Shown: positions 1 to 9,597, numbered from the stretch's first letter. The stretch is DNA of 57,300 bases from Candidatus Pacebacteria bacterium GW2011_GWA1_46_10 (GCA_001002135.1 LCLP01000003.1:107198-164497), one strand, 5' to 3'. The notes: a model not told the origin generated them from the sequence alone. Translations and numbers: made by a program.

Positions 1-16
1 GAAAATTGCCTTTGAC

Positions 17-25
17 TGCTATAAT
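17..25 (+). promoter_or_regulatory. Extended -10 promoter element (TGcTATAAT)
   Basis: Perfect TGnTATAAT 25 nt upstream of the ATG at 51. Confidence 0.6.
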
Positions 26-50
26 GTGCCTTCTTGTAAACCAATAAACC

Positions 51-1055
51 ATGGACAAAAAAGAGCTTCTCATCACCACTACTCCCCGACTCCACCCGGA
101 AATTCCGGTACTGAACCTCGGCCACGAACACCCCAGTAAACGGGTGGTTGAAGTAGTCCAAGCTGTTGAAGGGTATGGTGAAAAAGTGGTCGAGGATGAT
201 GGCTTTTGTTTAGTCACTGGTCCTGCTCTCACTTCACACCACCCCGTTCCAAATGAAACGTATGACCTCGTACTCTGGGTAGGCAAATACAACGAAAGCC
301 AAGGGTTAGAACTGCCTTGGGGTGAGGAGAACGTGGTTGCCTTAGCCCAAAACCAGAGTTTTTGGCACCAAGTGGAACAATGGATTGAACTCCAACGACA
401 AACCAAACCCGACCTTCGCTTTTTTCTCTTGCTGGGTCATCCCCTTAATCATCCGCAACTAAGTCATGAAAAAGATGACCATCGCTTTTATCACATGGGC
501 ATGCAATCACTCCCCTCCATTCACGGCCACTTGACGGCTCTCATCGACAGACAAATGATCCCCCTAGATCAAATTCAGACCTTTGATCCACAAAACCCCC
601 GACACTTATTTTTGCTGTCCACATTTTTGACCACTGGCTGGGAAAGTTTTGAGAACTTTAACGATGCTTTTGAGTCAACCAACGGCAGCCTCCACACCTA
701 CGCTTCCTCTTTCCAGCTACACGGCGAGGAATACAACGTCAATCGGCCATTCATTGGCTTCCCTAGTTTCAGTGAGGCGTTTAAAACTTCGGTTGAGATC
801 CAGCAAGCGATCAAAGATGTTTGGTTAGCCCACGCCATTGCGCTGAGTGAAGAATATATTCCCCTCGCCCTCAACTCGCTCCAGCTCCACCTCAAGCAGT
901 CTTGCATACCCAACATGACACTACTTTCATTGAGTAAACACGATCAGGAAATTTTAGGTGTAAATACAGAAATTAAAGCCGCGATTTTCCCATTCAACCT
1001 GGCTAACCCACAAAGTTTGCTCGACGGCATCTTGCTGGATAGAGCAGGAAACTAA
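51..1055 (+). CDS. Hypothetical protein with a HIT-like motif
   Basis: 334 aa ORF; GMQSLPSIHGHL resembles the HIT-superfamily QSxxHxHxH motif with the first His missing. Confidence 0.6.
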   Translation: MDKKELLITTTPRLHPEIPVLNLGHEHPSKRVVEVVQAVEGYGEKVVEDDGFCLVTGPALTSHHPVPNETYDLVLWVGKYNESQGLELPWGEENVVALAQNQSFWHQVEQWIELQRQTKPDLRFFLLLGHPLNHPQLSHEKDDHRFYHMGMQSLPSIHGHLTALIDRQMIPLDQIQTFDPQNPRHLFLLSTFLTTGWESFENFNDAFESTNGSLHTYASSFQLHGEEYNVNRPFIGFPSFSEAFKTSVEIQQAIKDVWLAHAIALSEEYIPLALNSLQLHLKQSCIPNMTLLSLSKHDQEILGVNTEIKAAIFPFNLANPQSLLDGILLDRAGN

Positions 1056-1720
1056 GCTCCAAATATCCCTCTCCCAATCCTGACCATGGTGGCTCCTTCT
1101 TCAAGAGCTACCTGATAATCATTGGTCATCCCCATCGACAAGTGTGCCAAATTGAGTTGAGGATATTTTTCACTCAAGTATTTTCGCAGCTGTGCTAATT
1201 TTTGAAACGTAAGCCGGGCTTTTCTCGGATCATCAACCAGCGGCGCAATCGTCATCAACCCTCTCAAAGCGATATTTTCAAGCTTGTGGATCGCCAACAG
1301 TTCCCGCTCAAATTGAGCCGATGGTTGGTAGCCAAATTTGTTTCTTTCTTTAGAAAAACTAACTTGAACCAAGACACTAAGCTTTTTATGCAATTCTGCT
1401 GCCCTCGTATCTAACTTCTGAGCCAGTTTCAAACTATCCACCGAATCGACCCAGTCACACAACTTAACCACTCTGGCGGCTTTACGACTTTGCACATGAC
1501 CGATCATATGGAGAGTAACTTTTCGTCTCATCGTCTGAGGTAATCGAGTCCACTTCTGCTCGACTTCTTCAATTCTATTTTCTCCAAAATGAGTAAAATC
1601 GGCATCAATCGCTTCAACAATTTTACCCGGCGGTTGAGTTTTAGAAACCGCAACTACTGTCACACCGGCGGGAATTGCTTTACTCAGTTTCACTGAAGAG
1701 ATTATAACGGGCTTCAACAA
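1052..1720 (-). CDS. yggS: Pyridoxal phosphate homeostasis protein (YggS/PROSC family)
   Basis: VAVSK, FGENR, HMIGHVQSRK, LRGLMTI, LSMGMTNDY and GATMVRIGRGIFG motifs; exact start uncertain. Confidence 0.93.
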   Translation of the reverse strand: MLKPVIISSVKLSKAIPAGVTVVAVSKTQPPGKIVEAIDADFTHFGENRIEEVEQKWTRLPQTMRRKVTLHMIGHVQSRKAARVVKLCDWVDSVDSLKLAQKLDTRAAELHKKLSVLVQVSFSKERNKFGYQPSAQFERELLAIHKLENIALRGLMTIAPLVDDPRKARLTFQKLAQLRKYLSEKYPQLNLAHLSMGMTNDYQVALEEGATMVRIGRGIFGA

Positions 1721-1729
1721 CCAAAACCT

Positions 1730-1987
1730 TTATCCCCTTCGCGAGCCGGTTTTCTTTTTTCGGCGATTTTTGCCTTCTTGGCGATCAAGTTTTTTGGGGC
1801 TAACCTTGTTACCCATTTCTAAGCAGCGCAAGTTTTGCAGCGCCAAATACACGTCTGGCGTCAAATTAACATCCATCCGACCATTTTCGTAATTACGAAG
1901 CATTGATCGTGCCTGCGCAGCGGTAGTAGGGGGATACTCTCCAAAAAAATCAGCTAAAGCTTGTTCGTCTTCTTTACTAAATAACAT
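1730..1987 (-). CDS. Hypothetical protein
   Basis: 85 aa ATG ORF in tandem with its neighbours. Confidence 0.55.
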   Translation of the reverse strand: MLFSKEDEQALADFFGEYPPTTAAQARSMLRNYENGRMDVNLTPDVYLALQNLRCLEMGNKVSPKKLDRQEGKNRRKKKTGSRRG

Positions 1988-2026
1988 GATTTAATTACAC
2001 CAAAATATATCAATCACTGACTAATT

Positions 2027-2605
2027 TCAACTTGTAGATACAAAATCTTCCTCCACCCACCCACTTTTACCTTTTCTAAACATATACGCCAACCCGTTGG
2101 GTAATTCATATCCAATGTGTCCTTTGGCTGGTGGAGTTTTTCGTAAGTGATGCAACAAAATTCTCAACACCCCTCCATGACAAACAATTAAAATGTGCTG
2201 ATTTTTGTGGGTTTTTAAAGTGCTCGTAAAAGTACCTATCACTCGAGAAACAAAATCCGTAGGTGGCTCAGTATACATGTCTATCGTCTCGTGACGGGCT
2301 GCCAGTTCCTTTTGCACTGCCGGCCACAATCTTCCCTCAAAAATGCCGTAGGACTGCTCGTTAAAACCAGGCTCTTTTTCAACCGGCACCCCTAGTCTTT
2401 TGCCAACAATTGCCGCGGTTTGATACGCCCTTTTAAGATTTGAAGCGATGATTGTATCAAGCGAAAAACGCGAAAGATTCTCTGCTAATAATTTTGCTTG
2501 CTCGATCCCAACACTCGATAAAGGAATATCTCTTGCCCCTTGTAATCTTTGTTCTTTATTCCAAGTAGTTTCCCCGTGTCGAGCGAGGAAGAGCATTTGA
2601 GACAT
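2027..2605 (-). CDS. Histidine phosphatase family protein
   Basis: RHGET catalytic motif, SNLKRAYQTA and C-terminal VCHGG. Confidence 0.9.
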   Translation of the reverse strand: MSQMLFLARHGETTWNKEQRLQGARDIPLSSVGIEQAKLLAENLSRFSLDTIIASNLKRAYQTAAIVGKRLGVPVEKEPGFNEQSYGIFEGRLWPAVQKELAARHETIDMYTEPPTDFVSRVIGTFTSTLKTHKNQHILIVCHGGVLRILLHHLRKTPPAKGHIGYELPNGLAYMFRKGKSGWVEEDFVSTS

Positions 2606-2674
2606 AACCGAATTGTACCAAAAGAGAGCTCCCCTTAGTAGACATTGTTGGAACCTACTTTTTCAAACAATCGC

Positions 2675-4576
2675 TTACAAATTGCTCTCTTTACTAAAGA
2701 TGTCATCACTATTCAACTGATTCCCCCCAATTCTTATCAAAATATTATTAGCAACAGTTAATTGATCTTCTGCGGGTAAGAAAGGAAGAAGTGTGAAATA
2801 TAACTCACTTTCATTATAAAAAGTATCGCCGTATTTTTCATTCAATATACCAATTAGTCTGTCGGTGTTTTTAGTCAAATATATTTCTTTTAATTCATCC
2901 TCACCTATATCATCCACTATTTTTTCAATTATTTTCACAAGAACTGGATAACCAAGTTGTGTACTTATATTAAGTTCTTGCTTTATTGCCTTTCTAGCAA
3001 AGTATTCAGTTAAACCTTCCTCAAAAAACCCTGGCAAGACAGTTTCTTCGGAAACATAACTCGTATAGTGGAAGTATTCATGTACCAAAGTTGATAAATA
3101 ATCAGCTAATGTATTACTGCTTGTATAGTCCAAGGCTATTTTGATTATTTGATCTTCTGGCTGAAAAATACCAAGTTCATAGACAGTTTGCCCTTTTTGG
3201 GTTTCAATAAGTGTTACATAATATTCAAGATCTTCGTTTATTTGGTTCCATTCTGACGCTTCTGCCTGTGCTTGCCCAAGAATTGCTTGCCATTCTGAAA
3301 TTTCGTTTTGATATCCAATTACGATTGAATCCCACTGTCCTCTTACATTTTCACACTCTTGATCTGAATAGTATCTGTGAAATCCAGGTTCATAGTAATA
3401 AGTATAGTAGCCTGCACTTTTGCAATAATCATAATCAGCTTGTTGTTTATTTCTTGAATCCTGAACATACTGCTCTCCCAAGGTAATATTTTGTTTTGCT
3501 TGCGAAATTACCCCGTATATTCTATTTACCTCATTAGTTATTTCTGTTTGGAGATCTCTAACCTCTTTAATTTGTTCATTAAACATCGTCTCTCTATAAC
3601 TCAGGTATTCTTGTCTTCCTAATACTTCTATTTTTGGTTCACTCTTAACATATCTGTCTTCTAGATAATTTTTAACGTAAAGTTTGCCTAAAACTGGGCT
3701 AATTTTTTCTATCTCATCCTCATTTATTTTTCTAAAAACTAAACTATTCTTTACTATGACTAAATCAGAATTATTTTTAACAGTAGTAAAAACAAAATTC
3801 TCTGGTATTAAATTCAATACATTATTATTAAAGAATAAATTTTCAGAACTGTTGATTCCTTCATAGGCATCAACAATAGTTTTGCTAAAGTTCTCTTCAC
3901 CATTTCGAATCGTTGGCAAATTATTACTATCTTTTAAATAATTAACTACCTCATCTGCTCCCCATTTCACCTCAGAGGAATTATTAACCTTTATTGGTGC
4001 CCAATTTACTTGAACTAATCCAAATATCAAAGTAATTAACGGTGACAACACCCAAGCAGTTAATAATGTTAAACCCGTAAAACTAATTGCTTTTCTTATA
4101 TTTTGCTGTTTTCTATAAAGAATAAATACAAGAGCTCCTGATAATAATATTAAGACCAGCAAAATGTCTAATCTGTTAAAGAATGTGAAAAAAGTCGACT
4201 TAAAATAAGCTATAAAAATGTTATTTTCACTGCTGGCTTCTAATATTCTTAATGAAACAAATGTGAAAAAAACAGTAAATAATCCTACATAAATTAAAAA
4301 TATTTTATTATTTAACAATAATCTAAAATCAATATTTTTCACACCTTTCTTAATAGATAAATTTTTTAAATCAGGGAATTTTATTTTTGGCCTAGCTATT
4401 TTTTTATATGAAAGATCATATAAGTATCTATCAACAAAAATTGAAATGATTAAAACAACGCCAATTAATAGAAAAAAAGTGTCTTTGTAAAAGAAAGATA
4501 ACAAGAAAAATATAATTGAAATAATTATTGCAAGAGGATTTAGATTCTTCTTAATTTTCTTCTGTTTTTTTAACAT
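2675..4576 (-). CDS. Membrane protein with C-terminal gluzincin-like metallopeptidase motif
   Basis: Several hydrophobic helices, a coiled-coil-like middle and HEYFH...EEGLTE; AT-rich DNA. Confidence 0.7.
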   Translation of the reverse strand: MLKKQKKIKKNLNPLAIIISIIFFLLSFFYKDTFFLLIGVVLIISIFVDRYLYDLSYKKIARPKIKFPDLKNLSIKKGVKNIDFRLLLNNKIFLIYVGLFTVFFTFVSLRILEASSENNIFIAYFKSTFFTFFNRLDILLVLILLSGALVFILYRKQQNIRKAISFTGLTLLTAWVLSPLITLIFGLVQVNWAPIKVNNSSEVKWGADEVVNYLKDSNNLPTIRNGEENFSKTIVDAYEGINSSENLFFNNNVLNLIPENFVFTTVKNNSDLVIVKNSLVFRKINEDEIEKISPVLGKLYVKNYLEDRYVKSEPKIEVLGRQEYLSYRETMFNEQIKEVRDLQTEITNEVNRIYGVISQAKQNITLGEQYVQDSRNKQQADYDYCKSAGYYTYYYEPGFHRYYSDQECENVRGQWDSIVIGYQNEISEWQAILGQAQAEASEWNQINEDLEYYVTLIETQKGQTVYELGIFQPEDQIIKIALDYTSSNTLADYLSTLVHEYFHYTSYVSEETVLPGFFEEGLTEYFARKAIKQELNISTQLGYPVLVKIIEKIVDDIGEDELKEIYLTKNTDRLIGILNEKYGDTFYNESELYFTLLPFLPAEDQLTVANNILIRIGGNQLNSDDIFSKESNL

Positions 4577-5798
4577 AAAAACTGAAATTTAATGTTTCAT
4601 CAGTATTAGAGTTGCATTCAAATCTTATTTCACTATCATTATTAGAAAATTTTATCTCTTCAAAATCTGTTTTATTTTTAACTGAGTCAAACGAAGGAGG
4701 AACTTTATCCAACTCATTAAGGAAGTCAGCCAGATTGTTTTGGTCTGGATATTCATCTTTATACGAAGAATAAATATTTGTTTTGTACCAAATCAAATTA
4801 CATACCATTGCTCTGGTTTCCCAAGAAGTAATATGCGGAAGAATTGGATATCGTCCCAAATCATTGTCTGAAAAACTATAAAGCTTATTCAATTTATTAA
4901 TATTAATGTTAGCAATCTCGCTCTGAAGTCTGTCATGCTCCTCAAATAATTCGTCCATCACCCTATCCCAATCTAAATTGAAATCAGCTTCTTGTCTGGC
5001 AATAGCCTCATATTTATATGATGCAGAATCATAATCACCGACTGCTAAATCTTTGAGCATTAAATAAGTATCTCCAAATAATTTTTTCTGCTTAGCTAAC
5101 GTTTCTGAAAAGTAACTATAATTTTGTTCTATTACATCTTGACCATCAAAAACAAAATCACTCCTAGTATATTTTTCCAACGGAGAAACCATATTAAAAT
5201 TCTGAGAAATCAAATCTTCACTCTCACCGATATAATTGTCAACGAACTCGTTTAAGATCGCTCTGTCTTTAAAAATTAATGATAGATTTTTAATAACATC
5301 ACTTTCTATTAATGACCTATTAGAAGCATTAAGCTCCGCATCGTAGTATTGAAAGGCTAGATCAACATATTCATCAATAAATTTTCCGTTTTTTGTTATA
5401 AAAAATTTACTAAATGTGTCTATGTTTTGAAAATTTTGACGATTTTCCTGTAAAATGGCTATATATTCTCTCGCCCTTTGGTCATTAATCTTAACTTCAT
5501 TTGAAACCAGGTTGTATTCGATAACCATTTCAGCAGATGAGGAGCTTTCAAGATGTGAAAAATAGTCGCCGATTAAATTATTAATAGTGTCATTTTCATC
5601 CTGTGCATTATTGGCAAAAGAAATTTCTTCTAATTCTACTTCTTTTTGTAGTTCATTTAGCCTGGTGAGTTGATGCCACTCAACAATTCTATATGCAAAA
5701 AATAGAATTATTAAAAAACCCAAGAAAGGGAGAATGCCATGATCGTAATTCTTAACACTATTTTTTATATTTGAAAAGACTTTTTTAATATTTTTCAT
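4551..5798 (-). CDS. Hypothetical membrane-anchored protein
   Basis: 415 aa, single N-terminal TM helix, AT-rich; overlaps the next gene's start. Confidence 0.7.
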   Translation of the reverse strand: MKNIKKVFSNIKNSVKNYDHGILPFLGFLIILFFAYRIVEWHQLTRLNELQKEVELEEISFANNAQDENDTINNLIGDYFSHLESSSSAEMVIEYNLVSNEVKINDQRAREYIAILQENRQNFQNIDTFSKFFITKNGKFIDEYVDLAFQYYDAELNASNRSLIESDVIKNLSLIFKDRAILNEFVDNYIGESEDLISQNFNMVSPLEKYTRSDFVFDGQDVIEQNYSYFSETLAKQKKLFGDTYLMLKDLAVGDYDSASYKYEAIARQEADFNLDWDRVMDELFEEHDRLQSEIANININKLNKLYSFSDNDLGRYPILPHITSWETRAMVCNLIWYKTNIYSSYKDEYPDQNNLADFLNELDKVPPSFDSVKNKTDFEEIKFSNNDSEIRFECNSNTDETLNFSFYVKKTEEN

Positions 5799-5976
5799 CT
5801 TAAATTTATCTAGCTATTCTAACATATTATTGATATTTAGGGCTTTTCTTTATTTGTTCAACAAAGATATTAAATAACAACTCCGCAGTTTCAATGTCTT
5901 TGATTAATTCATCATCCGATATATTTTCAACATCTTTGTCTAAAATTATTTTCGCAGTGTTTAAATCCATGATTGA

Positions 5977-6387
5977 TTATTTTTTATTTTTAAACCACTG
6001 ATAGCCACCATATCCAACTCCTCCCAAAGCAAGTAGTCTCATGAGCCAATCATCATCCGAAGAATTGTTGGTTTGTTGTGTAATATCAGTTGAAGAACTT
6101 CTTTTTGGAACTGAGCTTGGAATTGAAGTGGGTTTAGGGGTGGAAGTTGGCTTAAGAGTGGGCTTGGGTGCTGAAGTGACTACTGGAAGCGGAATGGTTT
6201 CTACAACACCTCCACCATGACAATGCCTTGCTCCTTCAACCTCTCCCCACTTCGCACAATTAGTACGACAATAATGGCAACCGTCTGAAGCAGTATTGCC
6301 AGGATGAGCAAAAACTTTTGATATCGAGAAAACAGTAAGTAATGAACAAATAGATAAACCAAATAAAAATGACTTCACAAAACTCAT
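5977..6387 (-). CDS. Secreted YHYH-like domain protein with Pro/Thr linker and C-terminal anchor
   Basis: Signal peptide, HPGNTASDGCHYCRTNC...HCH, P/T/S linker, TM helix and KNKK tail. Confidence 0.65.
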   Translation of the reverse strand: MSFVKSFLFGLSICSLLTVFSISKVFAHPGNTASDGCHYCRTNCAKWGEVEGARHCHGGGVVETIPLPVVTSAPKPTLKPTSTPKPTSIPSSVPKRSSSTDITQQTNNSSDDDWLMRLLALGGVGYGGYQWFKNKK

Positions 6388-6422
6388 TTTACCAGAGAAA
6401 GAGGTTCTAACGTACTACAGAG

Positions 6423-6493
6423 CAGGCTCACTAGGACTCGAACCTAGGCGAAGGGTTTTGGAGACCCTCATGCTACCACTACATCATGAGCCT
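6423..6493 (-). tRNA. tRNA-Trp (CCA)
   Basis: Cloverleaf: AGGCTCA/TGAGCCT acceptor stem, loop CT-CCA-AA, T-loop TTCGAGT. Confidence 0.95.
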
Positions 6494-6565
6494 AAAAACG
6501 CTCGTCATTATACCGTATTCCTCTTGCTCTGGCTCACAAAAACCTCTAGTCTAAGATACACATTT

Positions 6566-7954
6566 ATGCTTAACCCCGCCCTAAAAAAAACCTGGTTAAA
6601 AGACCGTGAAGCACTGCAAAAAACCGCCGTGCCGATCGTGACCATCTCTGGCACCTATCGGGAAGACCTCAAGGGAGTCCATGATTTGCCAGAAGAGGAC
6701 CTCACCCAAGACGTGGTTTTTTCCCGCGCTCACTACTCCATGGCCATTGGGGTAGCTGTCCAGGCCTGGGGTAAAACCATTGATCCCCAAAAAGCTTGGC
6801 TCATTGACCCCACCAACTATGTGACCGGCGAGAGCTGGGCCAGTGTGATGATCACCGAGAAACTGGGCAAACTGGTAGCTCGCCACTTTGCCCTGAAAAT
6901 CCTCAAAAACTTAGTGGACAAATTCGGCCGGCGAAAAATCCCCCTACTAATGAGCGTTACCCCACCGTTACTGCGACTGGCACGAGGAGTAAACTCCCCC
7001 ATTTTGTCTTTCCATATCACGGCCGGCAACATCCTGCTGGAACATGGCAAAGCCGTTGTCGAGATGGTCACCGATCCTCACGTGCGCGGCGATTACCTGG
7101 CCAACTGTGACAACCCCCAGGCTTACTACTTGGTGTTTGACGAGCGAACCAAAGTCGAGTTTTTGGAAAAGGCTCATAAAATCGATAAAAAAATTGATAG
7201 TGAGCGCATTTTTGTTACCGGCCCCCCGATCGACCCCAGAATCATCGCTGCCAGGAAAAACAAGCACGTCTGGACTGAAAAAAGGCCACTGCGCATCTGC
7301 TTGACCACCGGGGGCCTGGGCACCAACAAACAAGAGATTCACACCATCATTGACCAACTCGTCCCCACCCTGCGCGCGAGAAAACCCAAGGTAGAGTTGA
7401 TGGTCTATGCCGGCACTCATGCTGATATTAAAAACACTGTCATTGCTAAAGCCAGAAAAGAAGGCGTACCCTACCAGGAAATTAATCCACCGGACCCGGC
7501 TCAGTTTGAGATCGGTCAAAAATTAAGCGTAGAGGAATTCAAGGCCGATCACCTTTCAACAGCCTTGACCATCATCTACCACCCCCAAATTATTGACGCC
7601 AATGAACTGCTCATCCACTACGCCTTCCCTTGGGCCGACGGCTTCATCACCAAGCCCTCCGGCGACATGGCTTATGACGCCGTTGCCAGCGGCGCTTTTC
7701 TCTTAACTCTCAAAGAATGGGGTGAGTGGGAAACCAATATTTTTGCCAAGTTCAAAACTCACGAGATAGCTAAAACTGCTGAAACCCAAAACATTATTCG
7801 TCAACTCGAGCAACTCACTCAAATTGAAAACGACACTTGTTGGATTAGCGATGCCATGCACCGAGCCAGAGCCATCGAGCATGAGGATCCGTTTTTTCTC
7901 CAGGGAGCAAAAAATATTTTGCAAGCGTATAAGAAAATAGCGGCAAGTTTATAG
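6566..7954 (+). CDS. GT-B glycosyltransferase, MGDG synthase/UgtP-like
   Basis: FVTGPPID, TTGGLG and ITKPSG motifs; start moved to ATG 6566 because the longer ORF overlaps tRNA-Trp. Confidence 0.65.
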   Translation: MLNPALKKTWLKDREALQKTAVPIVTISGTYREDLKGVHDLPEEDLTQDVVFSRAHYSMAIGVAVQAWGKTIDPQKAWLIDPTNYVTGESWASVMITEKLGKLVARHFALKILKNLVDKFGRRKIPLLMSVTPPLLRLARGVNSPILSFHITAGNILLEHGKAVVEMVTDPHVRGDYLANCDNPQAYYLVFDERTKVEFLEKAHKIDKKIDSERIFVTGPPIDPRIIAARKNKHVWTEKRPLRICLTTGGLGTNKQEIHTIIDQLVPTLRARKPKVELMVYAGTHADIKNTVIAKARKEGVPYQEINPPDPAQFEIGQKLSVEEFKADHLSTALTIIYHPQIIDANELLIHYAFPWADGFITKPSGDMAYDAVASGAFLLTLKEWGEWETNIFAKFKTHEIAKTAETQNIIRQLEQLTQIENDTCWISDAMHRARAIEHEDPFFLQGAKNILQAYKKIAASL

Positions 7955-7994
7955 TTCATAGTTAACAGAATCTATAAACTATGAACTATTAACT
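7946..7994. repeat. Heptamer-periodic inverted repeat (REP-like), copy 1
   Basis: Perfect 13-bp arms ATAGTTCATAGTT/AACTATGAACTAT around an AGAATCT core, between convergent genes. Confidence 0.8.
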
Positions 7995-8002
7995 CATTTA
8001 AC

Positions 8003-8206
8003 TTACTTCAACTTCTTCATCACTTTGTGAATTTGGTGCTGTTTGCAGATTTTGCAGTATTTTTTAATCGGGAAAGTACTTTCACCCGTCGTCTGTTTCT
8101 TGAGCTGTTCTTGAACTTTGTTGTACTCGGTCACATAGCCAAAGTGCTTACACACTGTGCACTGCAGCCCGACAATTTGACGTGGTCCTTTTTTCTTTTT
8201 GGCCAT
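8003..8206 (-). CDS. rpmG: 50S ribosomal protein L33 (Zn-ribbon form)
   Basis: MAKKKKGPRQIVGLQC..C...Y.T..N...KKYC..C..H..H; start at ATG 8206. Confidence 0.92.
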   Translation of the reverse strand: MAKKKKGPRQIVGLQCTVCKHFGYVTEYNKVQEQLKKQTTGESTFPIKKYCKICKQHQIHKVMKKLK

Positions 8207-8248
8207 TTTTACTTTCCAGAATTTCAGTATTGTATCACACGTGACAGG

Positions 8249-8322
8249 AGCCACCTCTGGGATTCGGACCCAGGACCTACGGTTTACAAAACCGTCGCTC
8301 TAACCAACTGAGCTAAGGTGGC
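8249..8322 (-). tRNA. tRNA-Thr (TGT)
   Basis: Cloverleaf with loop TT-TGT-AA; T-loop reads TCCGAAT (C at position 55). Confidence 0.88.
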
Positions 8323-8350
8323 TTTTTGGCCGCGACTACTCACACGAGTG

Positions 8351-8433
8351 TGCCAGGAGCAGGGTTCGAACCTACGAAGGCGAATGCCAGCAGTTTTACA
8401 GACTGCCCCGTTTGACCACTTCGGTATCCTGGC
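8351..8433 (-). tRNA. tRNA-Tyr (GTA)
   Basis: Cloverleaf with long variable arm and loop CT-GTA-AA. Confidence 0.95.
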
Positions 8434-8478
8434 TTACTTGATCGCGCTACTCACTCAAGGATGAGCCCACGACCAATG

Positions 8479-8551
8479 AGCCTTTGTCGGGAATTGAACC
8501 CGAGACCTCGTTCTTACCAAGAACGCGCTCTGCCAACTGAGCTACAAAGGC
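8479..8551 (-). tRNA. tRNA-Thr (GGT)
   Basis: Cloverleaf with loop TT-GGT-AA and T-loop TTCAATT; TATAAT about 15 nt upstream. Confidence 0.95.
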
Positions 8552-8617
8552 ATTACAGTTCAGATATTATACCGTTGTCTTTGCTCAAAACCAGATTATG
8601 AATAAATAAAAGACCCA

Positions 8618-9367
8618 TTAAAGGTGGCGTCTTGAAAGCAGGGTGGGTTCGTCAGGAGAACCAATCTCTTCCATCTCAAGCTCTCCTCGAAGTTGAGCTA
8701 GCCGAGGTAAAAGCATTCTGTTCCACAAGGCATTAATGCCCTCTCCAAGGTTGGAAATCTGTTCATGAGTTGCCGTCGGAATCAAGTCAAACACACTTTC
8801 GATAGCTTTATCTTCAGTCCCAAATTGGTTTTTCCCTTGATTGTCGTACATACGGATCTTGTATTTAATAATCGCAATTTGACCGATTTGAATCAAGGAA
8901 AGCCCCATCATTTTGGCTAAGGAACGAATCAGTTTTTCATAGATCACTGCAGCGTCAGGGTCAGTCTTTTGGAGGTGAAAAAGGTTATAAAAAATATCAG
9001 ATACCTCAGAATAAAGAGTGGGGAGAGTGTGATTTTCTTTCCCCTCTAAATAACCAGATATTTCTGGCATCACTTCAAAAACCTCCGGAACTTTGAAATA
9101 TGGAGCTGGCTTTGTTCTTACTGGAGTTTGATCGAGATTCCTGGTGCGACGCAGGTCATTGGTTACATTATCCCCAATCATGAAATAGATTTTAGTTTCT
9201 TTTCGAACTGGTTGACCACCGCGATAAGTTTCATCTTCCTTTGCTAATAAAAGCTCGTTGATAACGAAAATAACTTTCTCTTCTGTATCAATGAGTTGCA
9301 CAATTTCCCGAGGAGACAAAGAACTGAGGTGTTCGTGAGTCAACTGAGGTTCTTTTTCTGTCATCAC
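8618..9367 (-). CDS. Hypothetical protein, possible all-alpha NTP pyrophosphohydrolase-like motif
   Basis: 249 aa; SEVSDIFYNL weakly resembles the MazG/HisE EExxDxxY helix. Confidence 0.55.
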   Translation of the reverse strand: MMTEKEPQLTHEHLSSLSPREIVQLIDTEEKVIFVINELLLAKEDETYRGGQPVRKETKIYFMIGDNVTNDLRRTRNLDQTPVRTKPAPYFKVPEVFEVMPEISGYLEGKENHTLPTLYSEVSDIFYNLFHLQKTDPDAAVIYEKLIRSLAKMMGLSLIQIGQIAIIKYKIRMYDNQGKNQFGTEDKAIESVFDLIPTATHEQISNLGEGINALWNRMLLPRLAQLRGELEMEEIGSPDEPTLLSRRHL

Positions 9368-9402
9368 TAAGAAATTATCTTAGAAAAAGGAGTAATTAAC
9401 AA

Positions 9403-9597
9403 CTGCGCGCGAGGGGCGAAACCAGTTCCCCGGAAATAATCCAGGTGGGTGAAGTGATACCCACCCCACGAGATGGGCATACGACTAGACCCTTTCAAAA
9501 GCTGTTGAGGAAATATATGCTCGCCCCTCTTGCTCAGCTGTTAACGTGCTTAAATTACATAGATAGCGTAGCGAAAAAAACCAGCTGGCGCAAGAGG
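9403..9597 (-). ncRNA. Candidate structured ncRNA (6S-like rod or switch)
   Basis: Long-range stem 9403-9419/9521-9537, inner stems, two hairpins and an alternative 9526-9540/9582-9597 pairing; strand inferred from G-U pairs. Confidence 0.5.

Noticed and set aside
2606-2674. Possible att duplicate of tRNA-Trp at the far end of the AT-rich island
   Set aside because: Only scattered 5-6 nt matches (AGAGC, GAACCT); not a convincing direct repeat
6458-6565. N-terminal extension of the glycosyltransferase ORF
   Set aside because: Overlaps tRNA-Trp on the opposite strand; ATG 6566 has a TAAGAT box 8 nt upstream
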